Assembly: GCA_041740615.1 (NCBI GenBank)
Contig: JBGSLR010000018.1
Span: 67,379 to 131,378, forward strand
Direction of reading: 5' to 3'
From: Desulfobacterales bacterium
Lineage (GTDB): Bacteria > Desulfobacterota > Desulfobacteria > Desulfobacterales > SURF-7
DNA length: 64,000 bases
Of this stretch, positions 55,264-64,000 are shown one piece after another (within the stretch, counting starts at the first letter, position 1; each line of letters starts with the position of its first letter). The translations under genes were made by a program, and so were the position numbers. Below the pieces are notes generated by a model, which saw only the letters and a program-made list of their open reading frames with translations, ran no database searches and had not been told where the DNA came from.

Positions 55264-55275
55264 ACAACATCTTTC

Positions 55276-55473
55276 CTACGGTTCTTCCCAGTGGATACAG
55301 TCCCGCGGACAGTTTTTAATGGCTTCGTCCACTTCGGTTTCCGGATAATCGGATAGTTCGGCCACCTCGATATACCCCGAATCGTTTTCCCGAAAAACCC
55401 CAGGGCAGACCTCAACGCATACACCGCAGAGAATGCAGGCATCCAGTTCAACGACGGGCACCCTGGACTTCAC
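55276..55473 (-). CDS. Small ferredoxin (single Fe-S cluster type)
   Basis: The product is 65 aa. It has CILCGVCVEVCP plus a distal CP (NCPRDC). The GTG start overlaps the flavodiiron-gene stop (GTGA) and follows GGGAGA. The 5' extension of the listed ORF overlaps the upstream gene and is rejected. Confidence 0.7.
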   Translation of the reverse strand: MKSRVPVVELDACILCGVCVEVCPGVFRENDSGYIEVAELSDYPETEVDEAIKNCPRDCIHWEEP

Positions 55474-56669
55474 GATGTTTCTTCTCCCGCCATCACTGCA
55501 GCGCCGATCCTGCGGCCCAGATCCAGACAGGTATCGATTCCCGCAGGATCCGGAACATATTGGATTCGACACCCCGGATCAATCAACCGGAAATCCATGA
55601 CTTCCAGCTCCTGATTGATCATTTTCACGGCTTCGCCGCTCCAGCCGTACGATCCGAATGCGGCGGCGATTTTGTTTCTCGGCTTCAGCCCTTTCATATA
55701 CGTCAAAAAATCACTGACAGTCGGGAAGAGGCAGTTATTCAGCGTGGGAGAACCGACGACGATGGCCCTGGCATCCAGAACTTCTGTCATGATGTCGCTG
55801 CGATGGTTTCGGCGCAGATGCAGCGGTTTAACGTCTACCCCATGCTCTTGTATACCCTGCACGATGGCCGAAGCCATCTTCTCGGTGCTTTGCCACATGG
55901 TGTCGTAGATCACGATGGCCTTTGGGGCGGGTTTTTGGGCGCTCCAGTCGACATAGGCATCGATGATTCGGGCGGGATTTTTACGCCAGATGATCCCATG
56001 GTCCGGACAGATCATTTGGATTTCAAGCCCCATTTCGGTGACCTTTTCCAAAAGCTTCTGGGTTTTGGCGGAATACAGCAGGAGAATATTGGCATAGTAT
56101 TTCTTGGCCTGGTGCATGATGCCAGCGTCGATTTGATCATCGAATTTTTCCGGTCCGGCATAATGCTGGCCGAAGGCATCGCTGGAAAACAGGATCTTGT
56201 CCTCCTGGACATAGGTGAACATGCTGTCGGGCCAGTGCAGCATGCGGGTTTCCAGGAACTGCAGCGTTCGTTTGCCGATGCGCAATGTCTCGCCGTTTTC
56301 CACGGCGCGGTAATTCCATTTTGCGCCGAAATGCAGGCTGAGATTTTTCAGGCCCATTTTGGAGCAATAGAGGGGTTTCTCTTCGCCGATCTTGTGCATC
56401 ACCCGCGGCAGGGATCCGGAATGATCCATTTCCGTATGGTTGCTGACGACCAGGTCGATTTTCTTCGGATCGACGATCTGTTCGATATTGTTCAACAGCT
56501 GATCGGCAAATTCCTTTTTGACCGTATCGATCAGGGCAATCTGCTCGTCGACCAGTAAAAATGCGTTATAGGTAGTCCCCATATCGGTTGAATACCCATG
56601 AAAGTCCCGAATATTCCAATCCGTCACCCCGACGTCGTAAATTCCTTTGGCGATTTCTAACGGTTTCAT
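55470..56669 (-). CDS. Flavodiiron protein (rubredoxin:oxygen/NO oxidoreductase, FprA/ROO type)
   Basis: The MBL-like diiron domain has SNHTEMDHSG. The C-terminal flavodoxin domain has AIVIYDTMWQSTEKMA and GSPTLNN. Confidence 0.9.
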   Translation of the reverse strand: MKPLEIAKGIYDVGVTDWNIRDFHGYSTDMGTTYNAFLLVDEQIALIDTVKKEFADQLLNNIEQIVDPKKIDLVVSNHTEMDHSGSLPRVMHKIGEEKPLYCSKMGLKNLSLHFGAKWNYRAVENGETLRIGKRTLQFLETRMLHWPDSMFTYVQEDKILFSSDAFGQHYAGPEKFDDQIDAGIMHQAKKYYANILLLYSAKTQKLLEKVTEMGLEIQMICPDHGIIWRKNPARIIDAYVDWSAQKPAPKAIVIYDTMWQSTEKMASAIVQGIQEHGVDVKPLHLRRNHRSDIMTEVLDARAIVVGSPTLNNCLFPTVSDFLTYMKGLKPRNKIAAAFGSYGWSGEAVKMINQELEVMDFRLIDPGCRIQYVPDPAGIDTCLDLGRRIGAAVMAGEETS

Positions 56670-56788
56670 GCAATTTCCTTGTTTTCTTGAACGGATGGTT
56701 TGTCCACCCTCCAGCCGCCTTCCCTAAAGGAAGGCAGCCGAAGGGCAATACGCTGCTCTGCCGGTATCGTTATCTGCGCTACCGGAAA

Positions 56789-56947
56789 CTATTCTTTCTC
56801 GAAATCATCTTTCGACGCACCGCAAATCGGGCATTGCCAATCATCCGGCACATCGTCAAAGGATGTCCCCGGCGCCACGCCGTTATCCGGATCACCGGCT
56901 TCGGGATCATACACATACCCACAGATCTGACATACATATTTTTCCAT
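56789..56947 (-). CDS. Rubredoxin
   Basis: It is below the ORF-track size cut-off. The translation is [52 protein letters not shown], with both CxxCG knuckles. An AAAGGAGAG RBS precedes the start. Confidence 0.9.
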   Translation of the reverse strand: MEKYVCQICGYVYDPEAGDPDNGVAPGTSFDDVPDDWQCPICGASKDDFEKE

Positions 56948-57043
56948 TGCACTCTCCTTTCGTTCCATTTCAGGTTGATACAGGTTACGATGATACGAAA
57001 ACCGAAATTTTTCAATTTTTTTCCGTCATCCGATCCATTTTCT

Positions 57044-58258
57044 CTAAAATTTATCAAAAGCGATCATTTCCGGTTCCACCCCCAAATTATCCAGCATGCG
57101 GATCACCGCATCGATCATCATCGGCGGACCGCATAAATAGTATTCGATTTCAGTGGGATCGTCATGTTTGCTCAGGTACTCGTCGTGGAGGCATTGATGA
57201 ATGAATCCCGTCAATCCCTCCCAATGATCTTCGGGTTGCGGCTCGGAAAGGGCTACATGATACGTAAAATTGTCGCATTTCTCCGCCAGAGCGCTGAACT
57301 CTTCGTCATAGAACATCTCCTGCCGGGATCGTGCTCCGTACCAGAAAGTCACGGTACGTTTTGTCCTGACATCGTTGAGCTGGTTCAGAATATGGCACCG
57401 CATGGGAGCCATACCGGCGCCGCCACCCACAAAACACATTTCCCGCTGCGTCTCCTTCACGAAAAAATCACCGTAGGGCCCGCTGATCGTTACCCGCTCA
57501 CCCGGTTTCAGATGAAATACGTACGAAGAGCCCACGCCCGGCGGAATATCCTTTCTGCCGGGCGGCGGGGTTGCAATCCGGATCGTAAACCGCAACAATT
57601 CCTCATACGGAGGATTGGCCAGGGAATAGGCCCGGTAAACGGCTTCGTCCGACTTCGCCTGTAATCTCAATAGATTGAACTGTTCCCAAACGGCGCGATA
57701 TTTATCGGCCAAGCCGAATTCCGAAAATCGCACTTCATATTCCGGAATGTCGATCTGCATGTAAGCCCCGGCCGTAAACGCTATCTTTTCACCGGAATCC
57801 ACCTTCAACAGAAGTTCCTTGATAAAGGTCGCGACGTTTTGATTGGACACCACGGTGGTTTCATATTTCCGGATACTGAAAATCTCCTCCGGAATTCGAA
57901 TCGTCAAATCCTCACGGACTTTGAGCTGACAGGCCAGGCGGATATGGTCCTTTTTTTCCTTGCGGGAAAGGTGCGCCAGTTCCGTTGGCAGGATATCACC
58001 GCCGCCGCTTTCGACTTTGCAGCGGCATTGCCCGCAGGATCCGCCGCCGCCGCAAGCGGATGGTAAAAAAATGCCCTGGTCCACCAGGGCCGACAGCAGT
58101 GTCCGGCCGACGTTGGTTTCCAGTGCCTTGTCCGGGTCATCGTTGACGACGATGTGGATGACGCCTTTTTTGACGACTTTCGCCTCCACCAGCAGCAGCA
58201 TGGCGACCAGAAAAAAAATGACCGCTGAAAAAACGATGAAACTGATCAGATACATCAA
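57044..58258 (-). CDS. nqrF: Na+-translocating NADH:quinone oxidoreductase subunit F
   Basis: It has an N-terminal TM segment, a 2Fe-2S motif (SACGGGGSCGQCRC...LACQ), the FAD motif RAYSLAN and an NADH domain (FVGGGAGMAPM). Confidence 0.9.
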   Translation of the reverse strand: MMYLISFIVFSAVIFFLVAMLLLVEAKVVKKGVIHIVVNDDPDKALETNVGRTLLSALVDQGIFLPSACGGGGSCGQCRCKVESGGGDILPTELAHLSRKEKKDHIRLACQLKVREDLTIRIPEEIFSIRKYETTVVSNQNVATFIKELLLKVDSGEKIAFTAGAYMQIDIPEYEVRFSEFGLADKYRAVWEQFNLLRLQAKSDEAVYRAYSLANPPYEELLRFTIRIATPPPGRKDIPPGVGSSYVFHLKPGERVTISGPYGDFFVKETQREMCFVGGGAGMAPMRCHILNQLNDVRTKRTVTFWYGARSRQEMFYDEEFSALAEKCDNFTYHVALSEPQPEDHWEGLTGFIHQCLHDEYLSKHDDPTEIEYYLCGPPMMIDAVIRMLDNLGVEPEMIAFDKF

Positions 58259-58281
58259 GGCTGCAGCTCCTTACTTCACGA

Positions 58282-58890
58282 TTAGAGGCTGATCCCGGAG
58301 AACAGCATGAACGCCATGGCCATCAGTCCGGTGGTGATCATCGTGATGCCGTAATCCTCGAGTCCATGGGGAACGTCGGCATAGCGCAGTTTCTTCCGGA
58401 TGGCCGCCATGGAGATGATCGCCATGGCCCATCCTACACCAGAGCCGATTCCGAACACGACGGATTCCATGAAGGTATACGCGCGTTCCACCATGAATAA
58501 CGACGCCCCCAGGATGGCGCAATTGACGGCGATTAACGGCAAAAAAACACCCAAGGCCGTGTACAGGGCCGGCGAATATCGGTCGATAACCATTTCGACG
58601 ATTTGAACAATGGCTGCAATGACGGCGATGAAGGTGATGAATTTCAAGAAACTCAGATCAACCGCCGGTAATCCGGCCCAGGCCAACGCTCCGGGAGCCA
58701 ACAGAAAACGATAGACCAACCAGTTCATGGGTGTCGTGATGGCCAGTACGAAGATGACCGCCGTTCCCAAACCGATGGCGGTGTCGAGGTTCTTTGAGAC
58801 CGCCACGAAGGAACACATGCCGAGAAAATAGGCCAACAGAATGTTGCCGACAAAAACCGAATTCAGAAAAATACTGAGCAGGTCTTCCAT
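58282..58890 (-). CDS. nqrE: NQR subunit E
   Basis: It is a 202-aa polytopic membrane protein of the NqrE/RnfA family, in the canonical position. Confidence 0.85.
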   Translation of the reverse strand: MEDLLSIFLNSVFVGNILLAYFLGMCSFVAVSKNLDTAIGLGTAVIFVLAITTPMNWLVYRFLLAPGALAWAGLPAVDLSFLKFITFIAVIAAIVQIVEMVIDRYSPALYTALGVFLPLIAVNCAILGASLFMVERAYTFMESVVFGIGSGVGWAMAIISMAAIRKKLRYADVPHGLEDYGITMITTGLMAMAFMLFSGISL

Positions 58891-58892
58891 TT

Positions 58893-59519
58893 TCAGGCCT
58901 TATCCTTGTTTACCAGCGTTTTTTGCAGCCACACCAACAGGCCGATGATGATGAAAGCCGCCGGGGCCAGCAACATGAAACCCATGTTTTCATATCCGGC
59001 CCGATAAAAGGAGTCGGGAACGATCTGAAAACCCAACAGCTTCCCGGAACCGAAGAGCTCTCGGACGAATGCGACGGTTACCAGCACCAACCCATACCCG
59101 AATCCGTTGCCGACGCCGTCGATGAACGCCAAATGCGGCGGATTCGCCAGGGCGAACGCTTCCGCCCGACCCATGACGATACAGTTGGTGATGATCAACC
59201 CCACGAAAACGGACAACTGCTTGCTGATGTCGTAAAAAAAGGCCTTCAAGAACTCGTCGGTCAGAATCACGAGGGTCGAAATGACGCTCAGCTCGACAAT
59301 GATCCGGATATTGCGCGGAATCTGCTTGCGCATCAGGGAGATGAACAAATTGGAAAAAGCCGTGACAAACGTTAACGAGAGTCCCATCACGATGGCGGTG
59401 CGCAGCTGTACGGTGACGGCCAGAGTGGAACAAATCCCCAACATCTGAATCGCAATGGGATTGTTGGTCAACAATGGCTTGGAAAAAATATCACCGGGTT
59501 TGGTTTGTTTTGCGGTCAT
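58893..59519 (-). CDS. nqrD: NQR subunit D
   Basis: It is a 208-aa polytopic membrane protein of the NqrD/RnfE family. Its start overlaps the nqrC stop (ATGA). Confidence 0.85.
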   Translation of the reverse strand: MTAKQTKPGDIFSKPLLTNNPIAIQMLGICSTLAVTVQLRTAIVMGLSLTFVTAFSNLFISLMRKQIPRNIRIIVELSVISTLVILTDEFLKAFFYDISKQLSVFVGLIITNCIVMGRAEAFALANPPHLAFIDGVGNGFGYGLVLVTVAFVRELFGSGKLLGFQIVPDSFYRAGYENMGFMLLAPAAFIIIGLLVWLQKTLVNKDKA

Positions 59520-60256
59520 CGTTCCCCTTCACAGCGCTGGCCATCGGCCGGAACCTTTTTCATGGAATGTTTCCGGAACCGGATGGAGATGGGTTCATAA
59601 ACGGAAAGCACTTCCTGGATGCCGCCGGAGAGATATTTTCCCGTCAGGGTGGCTCCGCTGATACCGTCCACGTAGTTCACTTTCTGATCCCCCGGCATGC
59701 TATCGGCGGCATTTCCTTTGGCAATCCGAATCGAAACGAAATTGCCGTTTTTATCAACGATCTTCTTGCCCTTGAATTGTTTTTGAAACCAGGCGGATTC
59801 GATTTCACCGCCGAGCCCCGGTGTTTCACCGTGTTGGTAGACCGTAAAACCCGAAATGGTGCTGCCGTCGTTCTCCAGGGCCAGATACCCCATGATCCGA
59901 CCCCACAAGCCGCGAGAGTCAATGGGGACGACATAGGAACGAATGGTGCCGTCCCTGGACACCCGCAGATACACCTGCATACCCGTACCGACCTTGTCCT
60001 CCGCGGTCAATACCTGTCCGTTTTCATCCAGACGCATACAGGTGATGTTTTGGCTGTAAATGGTCTCAATTTCCGAATGGTCATAGATCCGACCGCTTTC
60101 CAGCAGCCCCACCGCCTTGAGAATATTTCGCTGGCGATCCGTCTGAATGTTCTTCTGTTGAAAACCCCGCAGACCGACATTGCCGGCGGTGAGCAGCAGG
60201 CTGCACACCAGGCAGAGCAGGGCCGCGAAGGTAATCGATTTGAGTGTATCAGACAT
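59516..60256 (-). CDS. nqrC: NQR subunit C (covalent-FMN subunit)
   Basis: It has an N-terminal TM anchor and the flavinylation motif [10 protein letters not shown]. Confidence 0.85.
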   Translation of the reverse strand: MSDTLKSITFAALLCLVCSLLLTAGNVGLRGFQQKNIQTDRQRNILKAVGLLESGRIYDHSEIETIYSQNITCMRLDENGQVLTAEDKVGTGMQVYLRVSRDGTIRSYVVPIDSRGLWGRIMGYLALENDGSTISGFTVYQHGETPGLGGEIESAWFQKQFKGKKIVDKNGNFVSIRIAKGNAADSMPGDQKVNYVDGISGATLTGKYLSGGIQEVLSVYEPISIRFRKHSMKKVPADGQRCEGER

Positions 60257-61433
60257 TGGGAATCCTTTTTTTCAGGCGGATTCTGATCTCCACATGATCC
60301 AATAGCGGTGCGAACAAGTTCATGAACAAAATCGACAGCATGACCCCTTCCGGATAGGCCGGGTTGAACACCCGGACCAGAACCGTCAATACCCCGATGA
60401 AAAACCCGTAAACCCAGCGGGATTTTTCCATTCCCGGGCCGGATACGGGATCTGTCGCCATATAGACGATACCGAAGGCAAACCCGCCCATTACCAGATG
60501 ATAATACGGACTGAGACCGAACCAGGCCGGCGATGCATCACCGGCGATCAGATTCAGCAAAAACCCGCTTCCCAAAACACCGATAATTCCGCCCAATATG
60601 ATTCGATAGCTGGCGATACCGGTCACAATCAGCAGCAACGCTCCCAGAATGCAACAGAAAGTCGATGTTTCCCCGATACTGGCTGGATACATTCCCCAGA
60701 ACAACGTGCCGAATGAAAACCCTGCATGATTCAGCAACTGATGAATCTCGTCGCCGGTTTCGGCAAGGGCGGCAACGGCAAGCGGCGTTGCCCCGCTGAT
60801 GGTGTCTACAGCAGCGTTTTTCAGATTCCCAATTGCGACCCAGACGGATCCCCCGGACATCTGCCCCGGGTAGGCAAAGAAAAGAAAGGCCCGCGCGGTC
60901 AATGCCGGATTTAAAATATTGCGACCGGTCCCGCCGAAGACTTCCTTACCGATCAACACACCGAACGAAATACCGACCGCAGCCTGCCAGAGCGGAATGG
61001 TGGGCGGCAGGGTCAAGGGGAACAGCAGCCCGGTCACCAGAAATCCTTCACTGATGGGGTGTTTTCGAAAAATCGCAAACAATATCTCCCAAAAAAAACC
61101 GACGGTGTAAGAGACAACGATCAGCGGCAGAACGATTTCAAGTCCTTTCAGCAGAGCGGTGCCGGTTCCGACAAGATGACCGGCGGCATGCAGGGTCTGA
61201 TAACCGGTGTTATAGATGCCCCAGCCAACGGGTGGGATCAGCGCAACCAGGACGATGCTCATGAAGCGCTTGAGATCCAGATTGTCTCGCAGGTGCGGGC
61301 CATTGCGGGTCACATGCGCCGGAATGAAAAAAAGGGTTTCGGTGGCCTCGAACAACGGTTTCAAACGGGAGAGCCGTCCGGTTCCGGTGAAATGCTTGCG
61401 CAGGGATTCGAATACATGTTCCAGCATTTTCAT
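60249..61433 (-). CDS. nqrB: NQR subunit B (covalent-FMN membrane subunit)
   Basis: It is a polytopic NqrB/RnfD-family protein with the flavinylation motif DTISGATPLA. Its start overlaps the nqrA stop (ATGA). Confidence 0.9.
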   Translation of the reverse strand: MKMLEHVFESLRKHFTGTGRLSRLKPLFEATETLFFIPAHVTRNGPHLRDNLDLKRFMSIVLVALIPPVGWGIYNTGYQTLHAAGHLVGTGTALLKGLEIVLPLIVVSYTVGFFWEILFAIFRKHPISEGFLVTGLLFPLTLPPTIPLWQAAVGISFGVLIGKEVFGGTGRNILNPALTARAFLFFAYPGQMSGGSVWVAIGNLKNAAVDTISGATPLAVAALAETGDEIHQLLNHAGFSFGTLFWGMYPASIGETSTFCCILGALLLIVTGIASYRIILGGIIGVLGSGFLLNLIAGDASPAWFGLSPYYHLVMGGFAFGIVYMATDPVSGPGMEKSRWVYGFFIGVLTVLVRVFNPAYPEGVMLSILFMNLFAPLLDHVEIRIRLKKRIPNV

Positions 61434-62776
61434 GGTCGGGCCTGTTCTTTGTAGTAAGAGAGTTTGGCCGCGTTGAACGTCTCACAAAGCGCGATCTTCG
61501 ATGGACAGACGTAGGTGCATAAGCCACAGGCGACACAATCCAGCAGCCCGTGTTCCAATGCTTCCTCGATTTCATCGACCAGCAGACTCTTATAGGTGAA
61601 CTGGGGCAGAATATCCACCGGACAAATGCGCGCACAGGAGGAACAGTTGACGCACGCCCTTTCTTCTCCATGCAGATTGCAATCCACCGAAAGATCTTTC
61701 GGGTTCAACCGGGATAGAAAGGTCCGTGAGCTGCTGGGCTTACCATACCCCGGACGAATGAATCCCAGAAAGGTTTTTTCAGCTCCCTCGGGAATCAGAT
61801 TCAGTGAAGTCTCATACAATCCGAGGAAAGAGGCTTGCCGGACTTTCCTGCCCCGAAAAAGACCTCCGGCGACAATCCGTATGCTGTTTTCATCAATGGA
61901 ATCCCCTATGAACGCGCTGACCGGCGCCCCCATACGGGACAAAAAATGCGTTGGGGTATTCGCCGCGCTTCCGGCCACGGACACGACTCGTTCCGTAGGC
62001 CATTTCCCGGTGCTGAGAAATTGAGCCAACAGCAGCACATCCTGCCCCTGAATGAACCAGGCAGGATTGTCCTCCCGGCGTTTGCGCGTATGATACAGCA
62101 GCACTCCCGGATCACAGGCGGGATAGGAACCGGACAGGGTATGGGTGATCATCTCGCCAAAATCCCCCATGACCCGCCTCTGCTGTTGATCCACGGTGAC
62201 ATATACCCGATCGGTAATCCGTTTCAGCGCAAGGAGCCCGTATTCGATCAATTGCTTTTTACCGGCAAGATACACATCCGCGGCCGGGTGAAACGGTTCA
62301 TCCGCCGACAAGGCCACAATGATCGATGGCGGCGCCACCTCAGGATCGACGATATCCCGGAACGGAAGAGATCGCAGGAATGGCAGCATTCCCCCTTCGG
62401 TCAAGCGCCCCAACAGATCCCGGCCGGTTACATGTTGCAGGTCATCCCGGGAAATCGGTGTAAAGTTCTCTTGTTTTTCTTCCGCATCCAGTTGAATGAT
62501 GATTTCTCGGATCACTCGACGGGGGCCGAAATCAATCCGATGAACCGTCCCCCCTCCCGGGGAAAGAAAGCGGATATCCGTTCGGCGCTTATCGGTGAAC
62601 AGCAGGGAACCGATATTGACATGGTCGCCCACCTTCACATGCAATCGCGGCTTGATATAGGGGATACTTTCCGGGATCGCCGCGACGAATGAAATCGGTT
62701 TGATCGGTTCGATTTCGGCCCGCGGTTTTCCGGAGATGGCGGGGAGGTATCTTTTTCCGGCACTGATTGTTATCAT
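61430..62776 (-). CDS. nqrA: NQR subunit A, unusual in retaining two complete 4Fe-4S ferredoxin motifs
   Basis: The NqrA-type N-terminus reads IKPRLHVKVGDHVNIGSLLFTDKR..GGGTVHRIDFGPRRVIREIII. The C-terminus has CVNCSSCARICP and CVACGLCTYVCP. Confidence 0.85.
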   Translation of the reverse strand: MITISAGKRYLPAISGKPRAEIEPIKPISFVAAIPESIPYIKPRLHVKVGDHVNIGSLLFTDKRRTDIRFLSPGGGTVHRIDFGPRRVIREIIIQLDAEEKQENFTPISRDDLQHVTGRDLLGRLTEGGMLPFLRSLPFRDIVDPEVAPPSIIVALSADEPFHPAADVYLAGKKQLIEYGLLALKRITDRVYVTVDQQQRRVMGDFGEMITHTLSGSYPACDPGVLLYHTRKRREDNPAWFIQGQDVLLLAQFLSTGKWPTERVVSVAGSAANTPTHFLSRMGAPVSAFIGDSIDENSIRIVAGGLFRGRKVRQASFLGLYETSLNLIPEGAEKTFLGFIRPGYGKPSSSRTFLSRLNPKDLSVDCNLHGEERACVNCSSCARICPVDILPQFTYKSLLVDEIEEALEHGLLDCVACGLCTYVCPSKIALCETFNAAKLSYYKEQARP

Positions 62777-63202
62777 GGTCAGCCTGCAGCGTTACGATTC
62801 AAAGCAAGATATTCGATGAGGCCTTGTGGTTGTTTCGCAGTCGCGCCCGATACGGATCGAAGTTCACTATTTAAAAAAAAAATCGCCTAAAGTAAAGCTG
62901 AATCATACAAAAAGGAGTTATTTTCCTGTTCTTTTTAGCGCTTCCGATTGTATCGCACCGCCTTTTGATACAAACGTGCCCCAAAAGACGGTTTTCCAAT
63001 CCAAGCCCGAACAATGGGCTCCATTACACAAAAAAACGGGTCAACCTCATCATCTGTTCCAGCCTCTTTCACGCCGGATTTCCCCATGGAGTCGCCGTGG
63101 GGAAACCAATCTCCGCCATTCTTGAAAGGCCGTCTTGCATGCTTTTTGCTTGTGTAAAGAGAAGAAACAGGCTTGTTTTATTCTGATAGATAGGGAGGTC
63201 AA

Positions 63203-63562
63203 ATGGACGGATTGAAAGAAATTCGTAGTGATTTGGATTTACTCAATAATATCAACTGGGAAATGACGCCCGAAGAAGCGGTCACGCTGTATCTGGAATG
63301 GGGCAACAACTGGGCGCGAAGCAATTATGTGATCCGGTCGAAAAACGATGTGGCATATTATTTTGCCGTAAACACCTGGGAAGCAAAACCGGTAATTTAC
63401 CTGATTCGCAGAAATTCGGAAGAGGCCGAGGAGCTGGCCCGGATCCACATGCCGCAGGCCATTGAAACAAAATTCCTGGAATCCATCGGGTACAACAAAG
63501 GCGTTTACGCCATTGAGGGTGAAGTGAAAAGGTGGCTTCAGGAACAGCTGTGCAACAATTAG
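63203..63562 (+). CDS. Conserved hypothetical protein (119 aa)
   Basis: A strong GGGAGG RBS lies 5 nt upstream of the ATG and the ORF is clean. I recognise no domain. Confidence 0.55.
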   Translation: MDGLKEIRSDLDLLNNINWEMTPEEAVTLYLEWGNNWARSNYVIRSKNDVAYYFAVNTWEAKPVIYLIRRNSEEAEELARIHMPQAIETKFLESIGYNKGVYAIEGEVKRWLQEQLCNN

Positions 63563-63585
63563 CGACTGTGGAAAGCGACCGCGGA

Positions 63586-64000
63586 TTACACAACTTCCGG
63601 ATAATCCGTTAGGAAACGGTAGAGGGTTGCTCTGCCGACACCCAAAAGTCTAGCGGCTTTGGCCTTGTTGCCCCCTGCAGACTGGAGGGCCTGTCGGACC
63701 ATGCCGTCATTGAGCTTGGGGGAAGGGCCGCGGGCGGGGGCGTCCCGGTGCCATTGCTGCAATTCCATCGGCAGATCATGAATCTGCATGACGGCGCCCT
63801 TGCTCTTAATGATCCCGAACCAAATGGCGCTCTGCAACTCGCGGATATTTCCGGGCCAAGGATATTCTACCATCAGGGCCAACGCTTCCGAGGATGCCCC
63901 CGGTGAGGGATGCCCTTCCTGTTCGGCCTTTTTCAAAAAATGATCCACGAGAAGCGGAATATCGTTTTTCCGTTTGCGAAGTGGCGGAATCAAAATAGGA
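63586..64000 (-). CDS. Sigma-54-dependent transcriptional activator, C-terminal part (the 5' end lies outside the window)
   Basis: It shows the end of the AAA+ domain (PPLRKRKNDIPLLVDHFL, YPWPGNIRELQSAI) and a Fis-type HTH (GGNKAKAARLLGVGRATLYRFL). The frame stays open to the window edge. Confidence 0.85.
   Translation of the reverse strand, partial: PILIPPLRKRKNDIPLLVDHFLKKAEQEGHPSPGASSEALALMVEYPWPGNIRELQSAIWFGIIKSKGAVMQIHDLPMELQQWHRDAPARGPSPKLNDGMVRQALQSAGGNKAKAARLLGVGRATLYRFLTDYPEVV

Noticed and set aside
56717-56735. A strong hairpin (GCCTTCC-N5-GGAAGGC) between the rubredoxin and flavodiiron genes, considered as a terminator.
   Set aside because: No U-tract follows it on the coding (-) strand. 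It is more likely an intercistronic stability or processing element, and without data it is not worth calling.
57044-62776. Possibility that the six-gene membrane complex is RNF rather than NQR, because the first subunit has RnfC-like Fe-S motifs.
   Set aside because: The last gene is a typical NqrF (TM anchor, plant-type 2Fe-2S, FAD and NADH domains), not a polyferredoxin RnfB. The gene order and the NqrC-type subunit fit NQR.
62777-63202. The 425-nt region upstream of nqrA, scanned for a riboswitch or sRNA (contains the hairpin TTCCCCA-N11-TGGGGAA).
   Set aside because: I found no match to any riboswitch consensus I know and no terminator-like partner structure. It probably just holds the divergent promoters for nqrA and 63203..63562.
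1-64000. A search by eye for CRISPR arrays, tRNA/rRNA genes and long tandem repeats.
   Set aside because: I saw no regularly spaced direct repeats, no cloverleaf-like conserved tRNA boxes in the intergenic regions and no rRNA-like segments. A tRNAscan/Infernal run would be needed to exclude small RNAs formally.

Overview
This 64-kb window is a chromosomal segment whose gene content looks like a strictly anaerobic, sulfate-reducer-type Desulfobacterota (Desulfobacterales-like) genome. That taxonomic call is an inference from gene content only. I can support about 58 protein-coding genes. I saw no rRNA, tRNA or CRISPR array.

Layout from left to right:
1. 1-9451 (- strand): a tightly coupled korDABC (2-oxoacid:ferredoxin oxidoreductase) - hdrL-like - mvhD/hdrC/hdrB fusion - hdrA operon. 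hdrA carries an in-frame UGA (selenocysteine) followed by a SECIS-like hairpin.
2. 9552-17600 (+): a TetR regulator, two paralogous MMPL/RND-type exporters, a LolA-like protein and an outer-membrane barrel.
3. 17660-24866: a lipolytic/ester-hydrolase neighbourhood with an alpha/beta hydrolase, an MBL hydrolase, a PHB-depolymerase-type esterase, a family-I lipase plus Lif foldase, and Lnt.
4. 26803-29284: a Y1 (IS200/RAYT-like) transposase-like gene plus a DUF362-ferredoxin gene, bracketed by 24-nt inverted repeats.
5. 29409-33409: a PilZ gene, an OYE flavoenzyme, pcm, and a roughly 0.9-kb stretch of gene fragments.
6. 34151-37767: a cNMP-binding protein, a four-domain rhodanese lipoprotein and an outer-membrane protein.
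7. 38138-43044: a nitrosative-stress module with a ferritin-like protein, a Crp/Fnr (HcpR-like) regulator, hcp, a Zn-ribbon HD protein and a ferredoxin.
8. 43291-47624: an SGNH hydrolase, DUF2780, a crotonase, a possible small membrane selenoprotein, and an acetyl-CoA hydrolase/transferase-GNAT fusion.
9. 47731-62776 (- strand): nqrABCDEF, rubredoxin, a flavodiiron protein, a ferredoxin, a HEAT-like protein, a pair of cytochrome-bd (CydA)-like membrane proteins (the second fused to an eight-haem c-type cytochrome), a TolC-like protein and three PilZ genes.
10. 63203-64000: a hypothetical gene and the 3' part of a sigma-54 activator.

The most interesting candidate is the uncharacterised CydA-like/octahaem module and its operon context. 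Next are an NqrA that keeps RnfC-type Fe-S motifs and the two recoding candidates.
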